A stretch of 63,867 nucleotides of DNA from positions 13,082,134 through 13,146,000 of the forward strand of contig OZ360246.1 of NCBI GenBank assembly GCA_977017645.1. Direction: 5' to 3'. The notes beneath the pieces were generated by a model. The model was not told the DNA's origin and did not search any database. It saw nothing but the letters and a program-made list of their open reading frames with translations. How positions within the stretch are numbered: the first letter of the stretch is position 1; each line of letters begins with the position of its first letter. This DNA is from Torpedo marmorata. Lineage: Eukaryota. Positions 12,346-25,914 of this stretch are shown in pieces. A program made the translations under genes and the position numbers.

Positions 12346-15300
12346 ATTGTCATCACATTGTTTCCCTTATCGCCACTACTTTTATATTAAATATGACATC
12401 ATCCTAATCATAGGAGTTTCCCATTTTACAAGTCAAAAATTAGAAAAGGTTTCAATCAAGAATTGTCACCTGACCATCCCTGCCGAATTGGCAACTGATT
12501 TGCAAAAACATTTGACTTGTGAGTGGTACGTTTGGTATTGACTCTGAATGTTTTGTTTCAGCAATATAAGCAGATAAACGAAATCGTTTTGTAATCTCGG
12601 GTGTGAAATGCACACAAATTTTAAATAATTATGGAGAAAATTACTCTGTGAGTAAGTAAGACCTCTGTGTAACATGCATTGGTCTCCTAAAGTGCAAACG
12701 CGGGAGAACATTGCAAAGAAAAATTTAAAGAACAGATGAGCAGGCACAACTGAGGCAAACGGAATTTAATGTGGATTTACGTCTTTAATATTTATTAAAT
12801 GGCGAGGAATTAGGATTCGTGCAGCAATAGGTTGGGGTGGGGACACACCATAATGTAGAAAATGCTAAAAATTACTGGAGTTAGTGGACACATTTTAAAA
12901 TAATTTAAACGGTGATGGAATATTAATCTTTATCTCAAGGGACTGAAATACAAAGAGCTGGAAACCTTGGAATTTGTACAATGTGGTTTCACCAGTATAA
13001 TTCCAGGTTAAAGTAGCAACGTATGAGGATACGTGCAGCGACCATGCTTGCATTCCCTTAAGTATCGAAAATTGGATGATCTTATTGAAGTATTTAACGT
13101 GATTAAGTGATTTGATAGGGGAATTATTTCCACTGGTGGGATGTCGAGTCCATTCAGGCATAACGACAGAACGCACCTTTTTATGCTTACCCTAACTCTC
13201 CCAATTAAAGATCTTTCGCGGCTAGTTCAGGAGGAAAAATCAAAACCAGGTTGATGTACTTCTGTTCGGTCGGAATATTTTGAAACTAGGAGCGTAAGCG
13301 TCTAAGTGGTGTGGAAATTCAGACTGTCAAACTTTGAACATTGAGGGGCTGAATGGTCTACTGTTCCCTAGTTCTGTTTTTCTTAATTCAAATAGATCTG
13401 AATGTCGCTGATAATTTAATGACATTCATTGTTCATTCTCAATTGTTCCTGAATTGAGGAGGAGGTTAAGAGTCAACTGCACAAATCAAAACAGAAAAAA
13501 AAGTCTTGACTGGATCATAGATGTATCAGAAAGACAAGTAAGGAAGCAAAACGGAGTGGAAGGGGAAACAAGGACGACAAAGGCGGTAGATTTATTTTAT
13601 ATAAAAATAGTGCGCATATTGGTAATCTGAATTATAAATCGAAAACACTGAAAATACGCAGCAAATCAAGTAGCATCCGTGGAGGTAGAAACGGGGTTAC
13701 AGTTTCAGGGCGTTGGCTTTTCATAAAAAATGCGATTTAAAACATTTGACTGATATTAAAACGATTTGTTTTTGAGGCGGGGAAAAGATGCATTGACCAT
13801 TGCTCAGGCCTCTACTGCAAGGTCAGGTGCCTGCCTGACATCTGCTCTAACCCTCGGGTGACCTGTAGTATTACATGTGAAATCCGCTCAAGATTAAACG
13901 TTTAAAATCATCTGGATACGAGGACAGAAATGTATTTATGTTTAGTTTTTGCTCAGTACTTTGGCGTTTATGTAAGATTCAAAAGAGTGAAATCCATTAA
14001 TGAATAAAATATAAATATCAGACGGCAAATTATGAAAAGAGCCACATTTCTTGGTCCAACCGATAAAGCACTTCGTTCGACGAAGCAGAAGACGTTCCAA
14101 GCAGCTCGCCTTGTTCTACACTCCTACGGACTAGGCAGTAGTCCCAACCTATTTATCTCTCGGATTCTACAAAATGTGTAATTTAAAAGGAGCAAAAACA
14201 ATATTCCCGGAAGATCATCAACGCAATTTAAATTACTAATTGACACAAGTAGGGATTCCGCATTAGATTTCTAAATGCCACACTCGTTTTTCAAAAATAT
14301 AATCCGAACCCGATTAACAAATGTAACTAACTCTTGTTACACAACCATAATCCCAACTAATGTTCTTTCTTACACATTTTTCTTTCTTTTTTCCAAATCG
14401 ATCTGTGAAATTTATTTCCAGATGAAGGAAATTCATGATTTGAAAGCAAAGTGCAGTTTGGTCTTGGATTCTGTCCTGACCATTCCGTGCTGTAGAGGAG
14501 ACTGCTCTTGGTGATTGATTCTCAATTGTATTTTCGTTCTTTGTGGATAAAGCAGGGAGGGAGTTGGTGGGTGGAGGTAAATAGGGAGCGGCCGGGTTGG
14601 GGGTAATTGTGTGTGCAGGACCGTAAAGGTTAATCACAATACTAATCGTACTGAAAATTCACCTGCACGGAATTTATTAATAAAAAAGGAAACTGTTCCT
14701 CTCCTTTATAATGTTCAACTACCACACGCATGTTTGTGTATTCACAGTCGCATAATAAATATTTACATAATATTGCCACTGGCAACTGCAGGTTGCTTGT
14801 GATATTGCATCCCAAGAGTTTTGCATAATTAAATCATAACTGGATTGAAGCAGGCTGTTGTGGTTATATTAAACAAGAAACAACAATCAGAATATCGAGG
14901 CAGGCGAGGGAGCAATGCACTATAAATATTTTAAATATTGATTGTAGACCAAAATACTTGGCTTTAAAATGAATAACTCCATCCACACACAGATTTGGTA
15001 ATCTGTTTCTTTAGTATTTTCACACACTTAATTGTCTATAGTAATAATTAGTCCATTGTTTTATACCTTAATATAGAATTTATGTGGGGTATTCTTTTTA
15101 AATTAGATATACCTGCATATACGGTAAAGATGGTGTTGATAAACAAAACGTCATGTTTCGCCTAAATTCCTAAAATAAACCATCATCCAGAGTAGGAACA
15201 ATGATCATTGAATGAAGCCGGATAGAAAAAAAAGTGCGACCATAAGTCTTGAAACAACTTTTTTCCCCAAACAGAACTTCGGTCTGAATTATCCCCTTTA

Positions 15301-17149
15301 ATCAAACAAAGTGGTAAAATTATTTAGTTAATTTTCAAATTCTTTTTATTTGTTCTCGATTTTTAAACAAAAATTTGCTGTTGTGAATACACGCACCAAG
15401 TTCTGAGTAGATTTTGTACACGAAATGGCTTTTTAAAATGATATTACTGAGTGACATTGGCAATTACCATTTAAATTTATTGACACAAATTGAATTAACA
15501 GGTGTTATCTTCCCCATGTATTGAGAATGAATGTATAGGTGAGTTACTTTACGTAATTATTTTCCAGTGTAAAAGTTAGTACTCCTGAAGAAGGTCTCGA
15601 CCGCCTGTGGATGCTATATGACCCGCTGAGCTTCTCCAGTATATTTTATGACGAGCGAGTTCAATTATAGCCCAGAACGCTCCATCTCTTTTGTACCCTG
15701 CTGGATTACAATATACGTTTAATTGTAATCTGCAATTCCGTGCTTAAGTGTTAAAACGAAGACTGCACTGAATCCAACTGTTATACCCAGCTCTATAGAT
15801 TCCTATGCTGTGTTTTGTGGTACAAAATGTGTTTATCGGAAAGAATGGGGAAAAGAGAAAGATTTGCAACCCACTCGCAATTTTGGTAATATTTTAAAAT
15901 GGTAGTTCATTCGACTGTAGTGGTGTATTTTATGATTAATTTCTTCAACAAAGTAGGCATTCCAGAGTGAGTCGACCCCTTGAAGACGGTCTTTGACGCA
16001 TTTCTACTTTTCCAAGAACAGAATTTATTTTATCTCATATATATGAATGTATAGATTGTAGGAATGTGTCCTTAATTTGAAAAAAACCTCTCTGGGGAGA
16101 ATTATGTTTTGTATTTTCTCCTTTAAAAATATGGGTGTTTCCTTTCTCTGGGGGCTTTATAATCAAACACTGTCCAGTATTTAAAAAGTGACGAGTTTCT
16201 ACAATATTGTTTAGAATCAGAATTACATATTTGTAACTTTCCAACCATACCTTCAGTATATAGTAACAGCAAATTTCGTCAAGAGAAGTACGAATAAATT
16301 AACAGCATTTAAATGCCTCCAAGACAGCTGTAAGAGCTCCATCCTCTCACCATCCCCTTAGAAGTGAATCTTGGCATTGTATATACTTACATTTTTTTAA
16401 TCCAATCTATATTTACCACAAATCAATAAACAGATTATTTACCACAAATACATCCATTGTCATTTTAACGGTTCCTGGAAACTACATTTGAAATTAATTC
16501 GTATATTTTTACTCTTTGAAATGCGTATGATACGGCCAGTGAAGAGGTGTACACTGATAACGCAGCAATCATCCAAAGAACCTGCATTGGTTATACCCCT
16601 GAAAAGTGGCGCCTACAATGTCTCTCTCTCTCCTGAAGTTCAAAGAGAGTCTGACATGGCATTAAATAACTTAGCCCCTTTACACAAAAGCTCAATAATT
16701 ATTAAATAGCAGTTAATCAGGTTCAGTTTGTTTACGTTTTCAAGGCCCAAATGATTCTTGATAGTGTAAAATTATTCTTTTTAATGCAACTTTATCAATT
16801 AAAGTAACCGTAACAAAACTAGTTACATTTTGAAATTACTCTTTTTACGACGCAAATTTCAGGTGTTTTCTGCTGGTAGGCGATGGTATATTTTAAAGAC
16901 TTTAAAACTCAGCCACCACAATAAAATATCCCAATTAATTAATTAAAAAACACACCGTACATAACACACGGGTGAAACACTTACAACATTCAAACAGTTT
17001 TCTTTTTTTCTTTCTGTCTCAAGGTTTAATATCCATTTTAAAAGAAAAACTTACAGAAGAATGCCTGAGAAGACACTGCAATTCAGTCGATTATTTTATT
17101 CCTCAATTAAAATAACTCGTACAGGGAGGGAAAAAATCTGTTTCAATGC

Positions 17150-17425
17150 CCGATTCTCAGCGCCAATTCGCTCCAGTGACTGCAATCTCAAATCCACGTG
17201 TATTATTCCATAGCTCGCGCACCTGGTGTTAAATCACTGTTGTTATCCGGGACCATTCATTCGTCTGAAGCTATCGATAGCTTTAATTAATACTGTCATA
17301 ACTGATGGGGGTTATCAGGGCGCATTATTGAGTGAGGATAGCATGCCAATCTGTTTTCCTGTCACTATCAGTTGTGCTAAAACTATATACTGCAAATCTG
17401 TCGACTGCTGTTAATTAGTTTAACG
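17150..17425. promoter_or_regulatory. Putative conserved proximal regulatory element
   Basis: Unique CpG-containing sequence 0.4-0.7 kb upstream of the ATG, with a perfect 16-bp palindrome and TTAATTAA. Conservation is inferred, not tested. Confidence 0.4.
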
Positions 17426-17740
17426 CAATTTTAACACAAATAGCGTGCACTGAAATAAATTACTTTTAGTTTTTTAAAATAAATTTCCACGACAAAATCT
17501 TGTGTTCATTAATTTTAAAATACATTGTTAAAGTTATTTTTTAAAGGCAAACTCGCTTTACCGTGCAGGCACTTCCCAAGGCTTAGAAGTGGGATTCGAA
17601 CAAGTGGGAGAGGAATAAAGTGTGAAATGGCGTTAGGGCTGCAGAGATAATTGGTCTGATGGAGTTGAGGACAGATCGCGGCCAAATGATGAATATATTC
17701 AAACTTTTCCCTGCGTGATGGTGTCAGATTGAAGTCTCTG

Positions 17741-17828
17741 TGCGCATGTGCGAAGGTGTCCAAACTGACAATGCCAGGGAGATAGCGTGTGCGATTCTCT
17801 GAAATCACGACCAACGCCGACAGACAAC
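17741..17828 (+). promoter_or_regulatory. prdm16 core promoter / 5' leader with an NRF1-like site
   Basis: TGCGCATGTGCG (17741-17752) is a near match to the NRF1 palindrome TGCGCATGCGCA. GTGCGAAGGTGTCCAAACTGACAATG resembles, from memory, the conserved start of PRDM16/MECOM mRNAs. The TSS is not determined. Confidence 0.65.
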
Positions 17829-17865
17829 ATGAGATCCAAGGCAAGGGCGAGAAAACTGGCCAAAA
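17829..17865 (+). CDS. prdm16: PRDM16 coding exon 1 (MRSKARARKLAK plus first base of the next codon); gene continues beyond the window
   Basis: ATGAGATCCAAGGCAAGGGCGAGAAAACTGGCCAAAA|GTAGGT: 37 coding nt then a GT donor at 17866. The peptide matches the vertebrate PRDM16 N-terminus MRSKARARKLAKS; the paralogue MECOM has MRSKGRARKLAT. The Kozak context is acaacATGa. Confidence 0.93.
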
Positions 17866-20800
17866 GTAGGTCCCTATTTTCTTCTCCTATCTCTTCGCAC
17901 TTTTTTTTAGATCCTCTGTTTAGGCTTCCAAAAGACCTTCCAAAAAAAAACTGTTCCACACGATCCGCTGAACACACATGGTCTTTGTGAAGAAGCGATC
18001 AGGAATGCATTTTCTCCTCCAGATGATGTCGGTGCGGTGGGGACGATTAGAATGATGTGTACCATGGGCTTGCAAAAAGGCTGGGGCGCAAGAACTTAAA
18101 GAGTTGAACGCTTTGGCCACAAGTGCGGCGCGGAGCTCTGTTTCTGCACAAGTTTTCATACCTTGTTTATTTCTCTCATTCAAGAGAAACTTCCATGATC
18201 CCCGCGTCTCGACCCGAGTGATTGAGAAGTTGGAGAGGAACAGTAAAAAATAAAATAAAATTGAAGTTATCATAGTTGACGAAAAGATATACAACTTTTA
18301 AAAAAACATACCGAGTCACTGCAAAGTACAAACAGTTTTCCGGAATCTTAAATAGTGGGCGCTAGAGCACCGTTGAAGAGCTGGAAGTTGCTGGCCAACT
18401 GCTCGTCTGTTTGAAAGGGGGCAAAATCTCTTGGAGGAGTCGGTTTAATGGACTGAACTCGATAGAAACCAGTCGTACCGGGGTTTCTGAGAAATCGGGG
18501 GAGTAATATTTTAGGGATTGCATCAGGACAGTGTAAATTTAGCGAGAGAAAGTATCGGACAAGATTTGTAGGGAAATCATTTGGAATAACACAACTGACA
18601 ACTTTAAACTTCCAATTTAATCATGCCAGATCGTGAGACGGGGTTTTAAGGAAAGACACCCTCGGATCTTGGAAGGAGTTTTACAAATTCTCGTTATGCT
18701 TTTGATATATTTTAATTTACAAATACGTTTTATTTCGGATCGCATTGTGTCAAATATCGGGGCGATAGTGAATAATTATCTTTAACCCATAGCCAAAATA
18801 AAGGCATTCGTGTATTTTTTAAATGAAATTATACTCACATGTCAGACAGAGGCATAGACGTTTTCTGATCTATGCGACTTTAGGCGCTATTTGTTGGATT
18901 TCTTTAAAGGAGATATGATATTCTTTATTGGTATTTTTGAAAGATTTGCAATTATCCACATTGCCAGTTTTCGCCTCTTACATGGCCGCGTTGGTCAGTG
19001 TGAATGTGTATGTATTTGCGCTGCTGTTACTTTCAATTTGAGAGTCATTGCTCGTCAGCATTTTTTTCTGAAACTGATTTTTTTTCTGAAACAGTGGAAT
19101 ACTGAACACCTTAACTGAGCAGAACCTTTGTGAAAAAATAAGTGACGCAAATATTTAAGTTTGAAGTTTGAAACATTGGTAATGTCAATAGCCATTTCTC
19201 TATGCGGAAAAAAAAATCTTTGCAGCCGTGTATCTGTAACACTAGTATGTCGATATCAATACGTTAACGCTATATGTATTCTGTGTTTTTAATATATACC
19301 CATGCCTCGGATTAATTGATAATACGAGTAATTTGCAAACATGATGGAGGAACTTCAAGTTTATGCCACAAGGACAAATTACCATTTGTTTTAAGTTGTT
19401 CTCTGGAGAAGTTGCCTCTCCAATATTCCATGGTTTCAAAGCCCTAATGAGTAAAATCTATTTATCGAGGGACTTTTAAAATAGCTTATTCATACGAGTA
19501 ATTGTATTCTAACATAAATAGTTTTCGAGAAGTATGTGCGTACGTGTTTGTATATGTGTTTAAAATATTTAATGGCCATTGTTAATTGCATTAATTAACA
19601 CTAGGTACTCGTTTAACTATTTAACTACATTTTAAGAAGTTGGCTATAATTATAGATTACGGGTAATGTATGTTGAAATAGCTCTTGTTCCTGGTATGTG
19701 GGGCAACTGTTTGATGCGCGACCACGTCTAAGTATTTTTCTACGTTGTTTTGTTTGTAAATTAGTTATGTGTTTCGGTCCCCGCTGAGCTCGGATGACTG
19801 ATTATTACCATTTAAAATGATGTGCATTAAAAGCTGGTTTTAGGCATGGAGAAAAATATATTCAATTGAGCCAGGAGGTTTGAACACATTCATATGGTGC
19901 TCGCAATAAGAAACGGATTGATGGTCATTTTATTTTCCAAAGTTAGTAGTTGTACATATAGGAGGAAAGGAAAACCACAGGCTGAAGCGAAGTATTAAAC
20001 TGAGACTTTGTCGAGCATTTTTCGGTGAAAGAATGCGGTACACACACGTGTATAACATTACTTGCGCCCCAAATTAGACTTGAAAGTGATAAAATGCGCC
20101 TTCACGCTACTAACGTCAACTGCCCACCACTATGGTTTTCACGAGGGTGAGAGCCGGAATGGTGCGTAGGGTGAAGGAGGTGTTGGTAGGGTGGGGGGAA
20201 AATCTTAGAACATAGTTGAAAATAAATAAATAAAATTGGCAGACACTGCTGCAATAGCACTCAGCATGTGTAATTGTGTGTGGCCACACAGAAAGGCTGT
20301 TATTTGTGCTTTACATACATATTTATGAGTCTGCATATAGATATTTATAAAATACATACTATGTGTACATATGTACGGAACATTGTTTCACTTTAGTTTA
20401 TTGTTAAGGAAGTTTTCATAGCCCCGCCACAAAAGATTCGAATTTACTCTTTTTAAATGATAGAATGTTTGAATGAGAAATAAGAAATGAACATGGAACC
20501 GGATATTATGGGTTGAAGGGGTGGGTGGCATGCAATCGATAGCCGTTCTACCTATCATTTGAGAAATTCATTGATGTTTTATTTAAGCAGATATTTTAAT
20601 GCTCAGCTGAAGGAACAGCTGTAAACATTTCCATTCTGTAGGTCTGAGTTGAGGAACCTCAAGGAAAGATTAGTTGTTTTTCATGCTCTAGTACCATGTA
20701 TTTAAAGTGCACGCGGTCGAAACACTGCACACCTGGAAGATTTACAAGGGGATCTTTATGGTTTTTTGATGTGATTTTAAACATCATCGTGTTATTTTAA

Positions 20801-21239
20801 TGTTGCGCTAGCTTAATTCCAACTATCGGATTGATCATTTCATAAAGGTTTTGTTTGGGAGAGGAAAAAAAACCTTTTGGATCCTTCCTTTTGTGGTTTC
20901 TGGATGATTTAAACCGGGATCAGCTTTAGTCTAACAAATATATGAAGGTATTTGTGCAACCTTATTTTAAGAATGAAGTGAAACAATTCAGCATCATGGC
21001 ACTGTAATTGCAGCAGGCCACTGTTTTGTGACATATTAATATATCGTAAATCCGAAAAAAATTGTGACTGTACTGCACCAAACAGATTCTGGTAAATCTA
21101 TATCGACATTTCTGGCGTATTTTTAAATACCACATCGGAGTGTTAATTGCTTGCTTTTTTATTAGATGTTTAAAAGATAATAGATTGTTTGTTAAGACCA
21201 AGTAATTGGAACAGTAAACAAAAGTTGTGAAAGATGTTT

Positions 21240-21530
21240 AACTGCTGTGCAGAGGGAAAGTGGCCACGGTAATGGGTTTCCAATAAAGCAATTATTGCAC
21301 TCGGGGTCTGAGAGGCCAGAATCAATGCGGACAGGACACAATTCATGGACAGGGGAGGAGAACCAGTGATGAGAATGCTCTTAACTTGAAATCAAGTTAT
21401 TTGTCACAATAAGAGAATCTGACAAAACAGAAAGAGGTGTGGGAAATAGTTCTGGATAATTAAACTTAATTGGAAGAGGGCGTCTGATCAATGTAAAAAT
21501 TGACCTTTACAATAAGTTATCGATAAATTG
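21240..21530. promoter_or_regulatory. Putative intronic conserved non-coding element
   Basis: Repeat-free and dense in TAAT/ATTA, TGACA/TGTCA and ACAAT motifs. PRDM16 loci are known to be CNE-rich. Not tested. Confidence 0.35.
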
Positions 21531-22119
21531 GTGAAGGTTTTTACAATTGCAAACTGTTCAAGGGTATCGGACCACCTAAAAAAAAGATTTATTTATACAC
21601 AGTGGAGACTAATAGCGATATATAAACGGTTGTTTGTGTACATACGGGTATTAGATAAGGGAAATGACTGCCGTTTGTATTTAGATACGCCAATCTATAT
21701 GAAACATACAGATTAAAAATATATATTTTCGCAATGCACAGGCGTATAAAATGAACCTTTATATAATGCCACATTTCAGCAACATTTGCACTGTAAAATT
21801 TTGTAAACTGCTTTAAATTACTTCAACTTTTTCGGTAAATTAAATCTCCATTTACAGAAGAGTTATGATGTCAAAACACGACAAATTAAAGCTTGATAAA
21901 TATTATAAGAAATAAGATTCAAAATTAAAATGCTTGGTAAATGTGTTTTAGAGAATGTCAGTCTGGTCGAGAGGATAAATAGCTAACTTCAGGGGTTACT
22001 TGTATACGAGACGGTAGGAAAGTGGTTTGTTATGTTGTAGCTGCATTTTGACTCCTCCCTTGAAGCAACCCCCGCCCCTCCCCACCACACACACACACCA
22101 CCACCGTTTGATTTCCTTA

Positions 22120-22500
22120 CAATAATCTGACTCGGCAATCAGACATTTTTCCGAATTACAAGCTCAGAAATATGCAGCTATAGCAATAGGGTCAGAGTGC
22201 AGGGGAAATAGGTTGAATTCAGATTTTCTCTCTCTCTCTCTCTCTCTCTCCTTTCTTCTCCCCACCAGCTCTATTTTCACATGGAATCGACTCCCCTCGC
22301 TCTTTTTCCTCTGCCTTTTACCATCTCAACTTCTTCTGTCAGACATTCCCTATCTCTGTCCAAACCTCATTATTGGCAATATTTGTCTCACGCAACAACT
22401 TTACGAAGCGATGACCAAGATACCATCAAATACAATTGATATAATTATGGTGCGATTATTTATGTCACCGTGTATTGGCATCCGACGGGAAATGATAAAT
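22120..22500. promoter_or_regulatory. Putative intronic conserved non-coding element containing (CT)n at 22226-22250
   Basis: Repeat-free, motif-dense sequence; inference only. Confidence 0.3.
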
Positions 22501-24208
22501 TGTCTATGCACGCACACGGCCGCTCACAAGTGCAGTTATAGTCCCGCACAAATACACACGCACGTTTATTCACAGGGCCATATACGAGTACTCAAATCGA
22601 TGACACCTTTATATACTTATAGTCTTGTAACACGATGTACATACATGCAAATTCTTTTATTCACTCTCACCATTCAAACTCGAAAGGGACCTAAAATGCT
22701 CCACGCTCAAGTTTACACGACTGACGCACATTGAAGTCTTCTCAGTTTAGCTTCCATGCTCACGCTGGAAATTCATTCTTAACAAATTCATCACCTCTGC
22801 AACGTCACGATTCCTTGCACCAATTCGCCCACGCATAACAGAAGTTTGGTTCTTCTATGAAATAATCTTTGCATCTTAGGCGTTGTACGTGTGTATTAAT
22901 AATAAAAGTAGGTATATTATACGTATTGTAAAATGCCGGAGATCATCATAACACATACATTTGTACCATGCATCTGGATAGAAAAAAAAACGGCAGAGGC
23001 TGAGAAATACGAATTAGAAATACGAACAAAATATATACATTTTCAAATTGTACTTTCAGCGTTGTATGTATTGTTCCGTTGGATTTATTCACAGTGAAGC
23101 ACACAGTCTCCTCGACTGAGTTGGATTTTTTTCGACCGCTTGTTAGATATTTGCTTAAAATACCAATTAACGCTAACATCCTTCATTCTTAGTTGTGCAA
23201 ACTGACCATCTCCTTCCTCCTCCACAGTTCATTCAAGTCAACATTTATATATATCATCATATCGATTTTTAACATGAACATTTAACATTTGACAACCTAA
23301 TAAACCTACAAATAAAAACATATTTTTAATCACACCAGGTGGAAACATAATGTGGAACATCCGAGACAATATTTTGCAATTCTGCTCAATGAGTTCAGTT
23401 GGTGTGGGGAATATGTTCCTCAATTACAGATTTCAGGCAGACATTGAGTATTCTGTCAGAAGCGAATAATAATATTTCGCGTATCGCTTACAATGGAGAT
23501 AAACAAAATAGAACCCCATTGTTTACGTCCCTCCTTTTAAAATAAAAGTCCATATTTAATATGTCTTGATTTCTTCCTTCCAACCAAGCACCAATTTAAC
23601 TCCCATATTTGCACTCCCCCATGCGATGCAGTGGATTTGATTGGTGTAAGAACCATCGTATAAGTCTCCGTGAAGATTGCGACAATCCGGTGAATCATTT
23701 TGAAGTAGAGTTTTAAATCTTAAATACACCTGTTATATCTTCACTTTATCAATAACTGAGGTTTCTCTGTGAAATACCTAGACAAATTTATAAACTCTTT
23801 AAATCTAAATGCAGGTATATTTAATACCCAGCACAGCCCTGTATTTGTCGCAAAGTTTCCAATTTGGAAATGTATTTAGACCGTTTTAAGTTACATGTGT
23901 ATTTCATCATCGAAGTCATATCACCATTGAGCATTTTTATTGTCTCTACAAAACACCTGGATGTTGTCATTCGGCATCTAGCCTTTGATGTTTAGTCCCG
24001 CTTTTGGATAGCTTTGAGGTCAAGTGTGCTGAGTTCAATTCATGATGCAATTTTTGGGTACTGCAACCGAAACAAGGCGTGTGCTGTAGTGTCTATTTCT
24101 CCTAACATTACCGTTCAATAAATCTGATATCACATTCGGTGCTATTCCTTTATTACTGATGGCATAGCGTCATCCTCGAGCAACATTTTGACAGATATTG
24201 ATGTAAGA

Positions 24209-24444
24209 TTAGCGCAACGCCTTTACAGCGCCAGCGATCGAGGCCGGTGTTCGAATCTCGCACTGTCTGTAAGGAGTTTGTACGTTCTCCCCGTGTCTGC
24301 GTGGGTTTTCCCCGGGGGCTCCGGTTTCCTCCCACCGTTCAAAACGTACCAGGGGTTGTAGGTTAATTGGGTGTAATTGGGCGGCACGGACTCGTGGGCC
24401 GAAATGGCCTGTTACCGTGCTGTATGTCTAAATTTAAAATTTAA
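24209..24444 (+). mobile_element. tRNA-derived V-SINE (HE1-like)
   Basis: B-box-like gttcgaatc, V-domain ggagtttgtacgttctccccgtgtctgcgtgggttttccccgggggctccggtttcctcccac, and a CR1-like tail. Confidence 0.9.
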
Positions 24445-25717
24445 GATAAGGACGGTATTCATATATAATTTTTATATTTGTACAATGGGTGCAGATGCAT
24501 CTTTATTTCTTAATTTTCTCTCTGTATTGTTAAACTAATGTTTTACTCAACGCTAACCTTATTGTAGCTGTGCAATTGATTAAAAAGAATGGGGCGCGCA
24601 TTTCATTTTATCTTGTGTAGCAAAGCTACAGAAACGTTTACACATTATTCAATGGTGACAAGCAACTGAACCTGCTCCCTCTCACCCTCTTTTATAAATT
24701 GATCTTCCTACTTGAGCTCAAAACACAATCGCAGAAATAGTTCGGAAACTGAACGAAAACTTGGCATTGAGGGAGAAAGGTTTTGCAAATAAATTGGCTT
24801 CCGTAATCAGAGAAATCGAGCTGATAGCTTAATTAATATATAATAATGCTTTAAGATGTCAAGAATTCATTTGTTTTTATGGTTTTGATCGGAGGGCTTT
24901 CACGCTTGTGTTCTCTGTTCATCACTTGTTCATTATTTCGGCAATGTCAAGTGCGCCTGGTATAAACTACTACCTTCTGCTAGAACTTCATGCGCAAGCG
25001 TTAAAACTCTGAAAGCAGGAAGGTTAAAACTATTTATCAAAGTGAACTTCACAGTTCTGCCAATAAAAGTAAGATAGAGTCTGTCATTGGTATATAATAC
25101 TTAACAACTCACGACATTTCAAAGAGAAAGAAAAAGAGTAAGAGAAACTACCATAGTTCAATATGATGGAAGGATTAAACAAAACATAAATAAAATTTGC
25201 TGAATCTTAATGCAATTTTGGGAAAGCTATCCCTATAGTTGTTATGAACCTATTTGTTCTTTAGCATCCTGAAAGATATTTGCTGTATTTATTTATAATA
25301 TTTGAACTTTGACAAATGCTGCCTGAAATTGATACATTGACTAAGTTCAAATCAATCTTTCCTTGGGAAATCTCTGTAATGGGGACTCCATAGATCGCAT
25401 TTAAAATAAGTTAAACCAAACTTAAAATAATTTAACTTAAATAGGCATAGATTTCATCTTCATAGCCATAAACCTTTCCCAAGGAACTGTTCTTATTTCT
25501 GCAGTATAAAATATCCTATCATTCCATTGAGGCCAACCAAAATATTACCATAAATTTGCTGCTGTTGATTTCCATCTAAGTCTTTTTCTATCAGAGATCT
25601 AAAAAGTAGGTGGAACAATTCTGAAGCTGCAGACCCATTCCCACTCCTTGATTATGTTTATATTGTGAAATCTTTATATAATTTGAATAATCCACAGTTA
25701 AGTGTTAAAATTGTAGT

Positions 25718-25914
25718 TAAGGTTCCATTATTGTGACGTAATACTACATTTAGAATGTAACATACATGAAATTCTTTAATTTTTGTCTACCGTAAGGTCG
25801 CTATTTTGTCCAGCGCCCCTCACAGAAACCTACAGCACCTGGTGTTCCTTGGCAGTCTCCCCTCCAAGTACTGACCAGTCCTGTGCCTGCTTAGCTTCCG
25901 AGATCAGACAATCG
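25718..25914 (-). mobile_element. Second, 5'-truncated copy of the 5S-derived SINE
   Basis: The reverse complement is nearly identical to 5505-5710 except for a short internal deletion. Confidence 0.85.

Noticed and set aside
17829-17865. Calling the exon MECOM (MDS1-EVI1)
   Set aside because: The residues A5 and K12 (KARARKLAK) match PRDM16, not MECOM (KGRARKLAT)
17515-18294. Antisense ORFs over the prdm16 start
   Set aside because: No recognisable protein features; expected by chance in GC-richer promoter DNA
22213-22734. 173-aa ORF as a novel gene
   Set aside because: Non-ATG start, begins in a (CT)n microsatellite, no recognisable domain
5469-25914. Inverted SINE3 pair bracketing the promoter as one large composite element
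   Set aside because: No shared TSD, different truncation points and 20 kb apart; independent insertions are the simpler explanation
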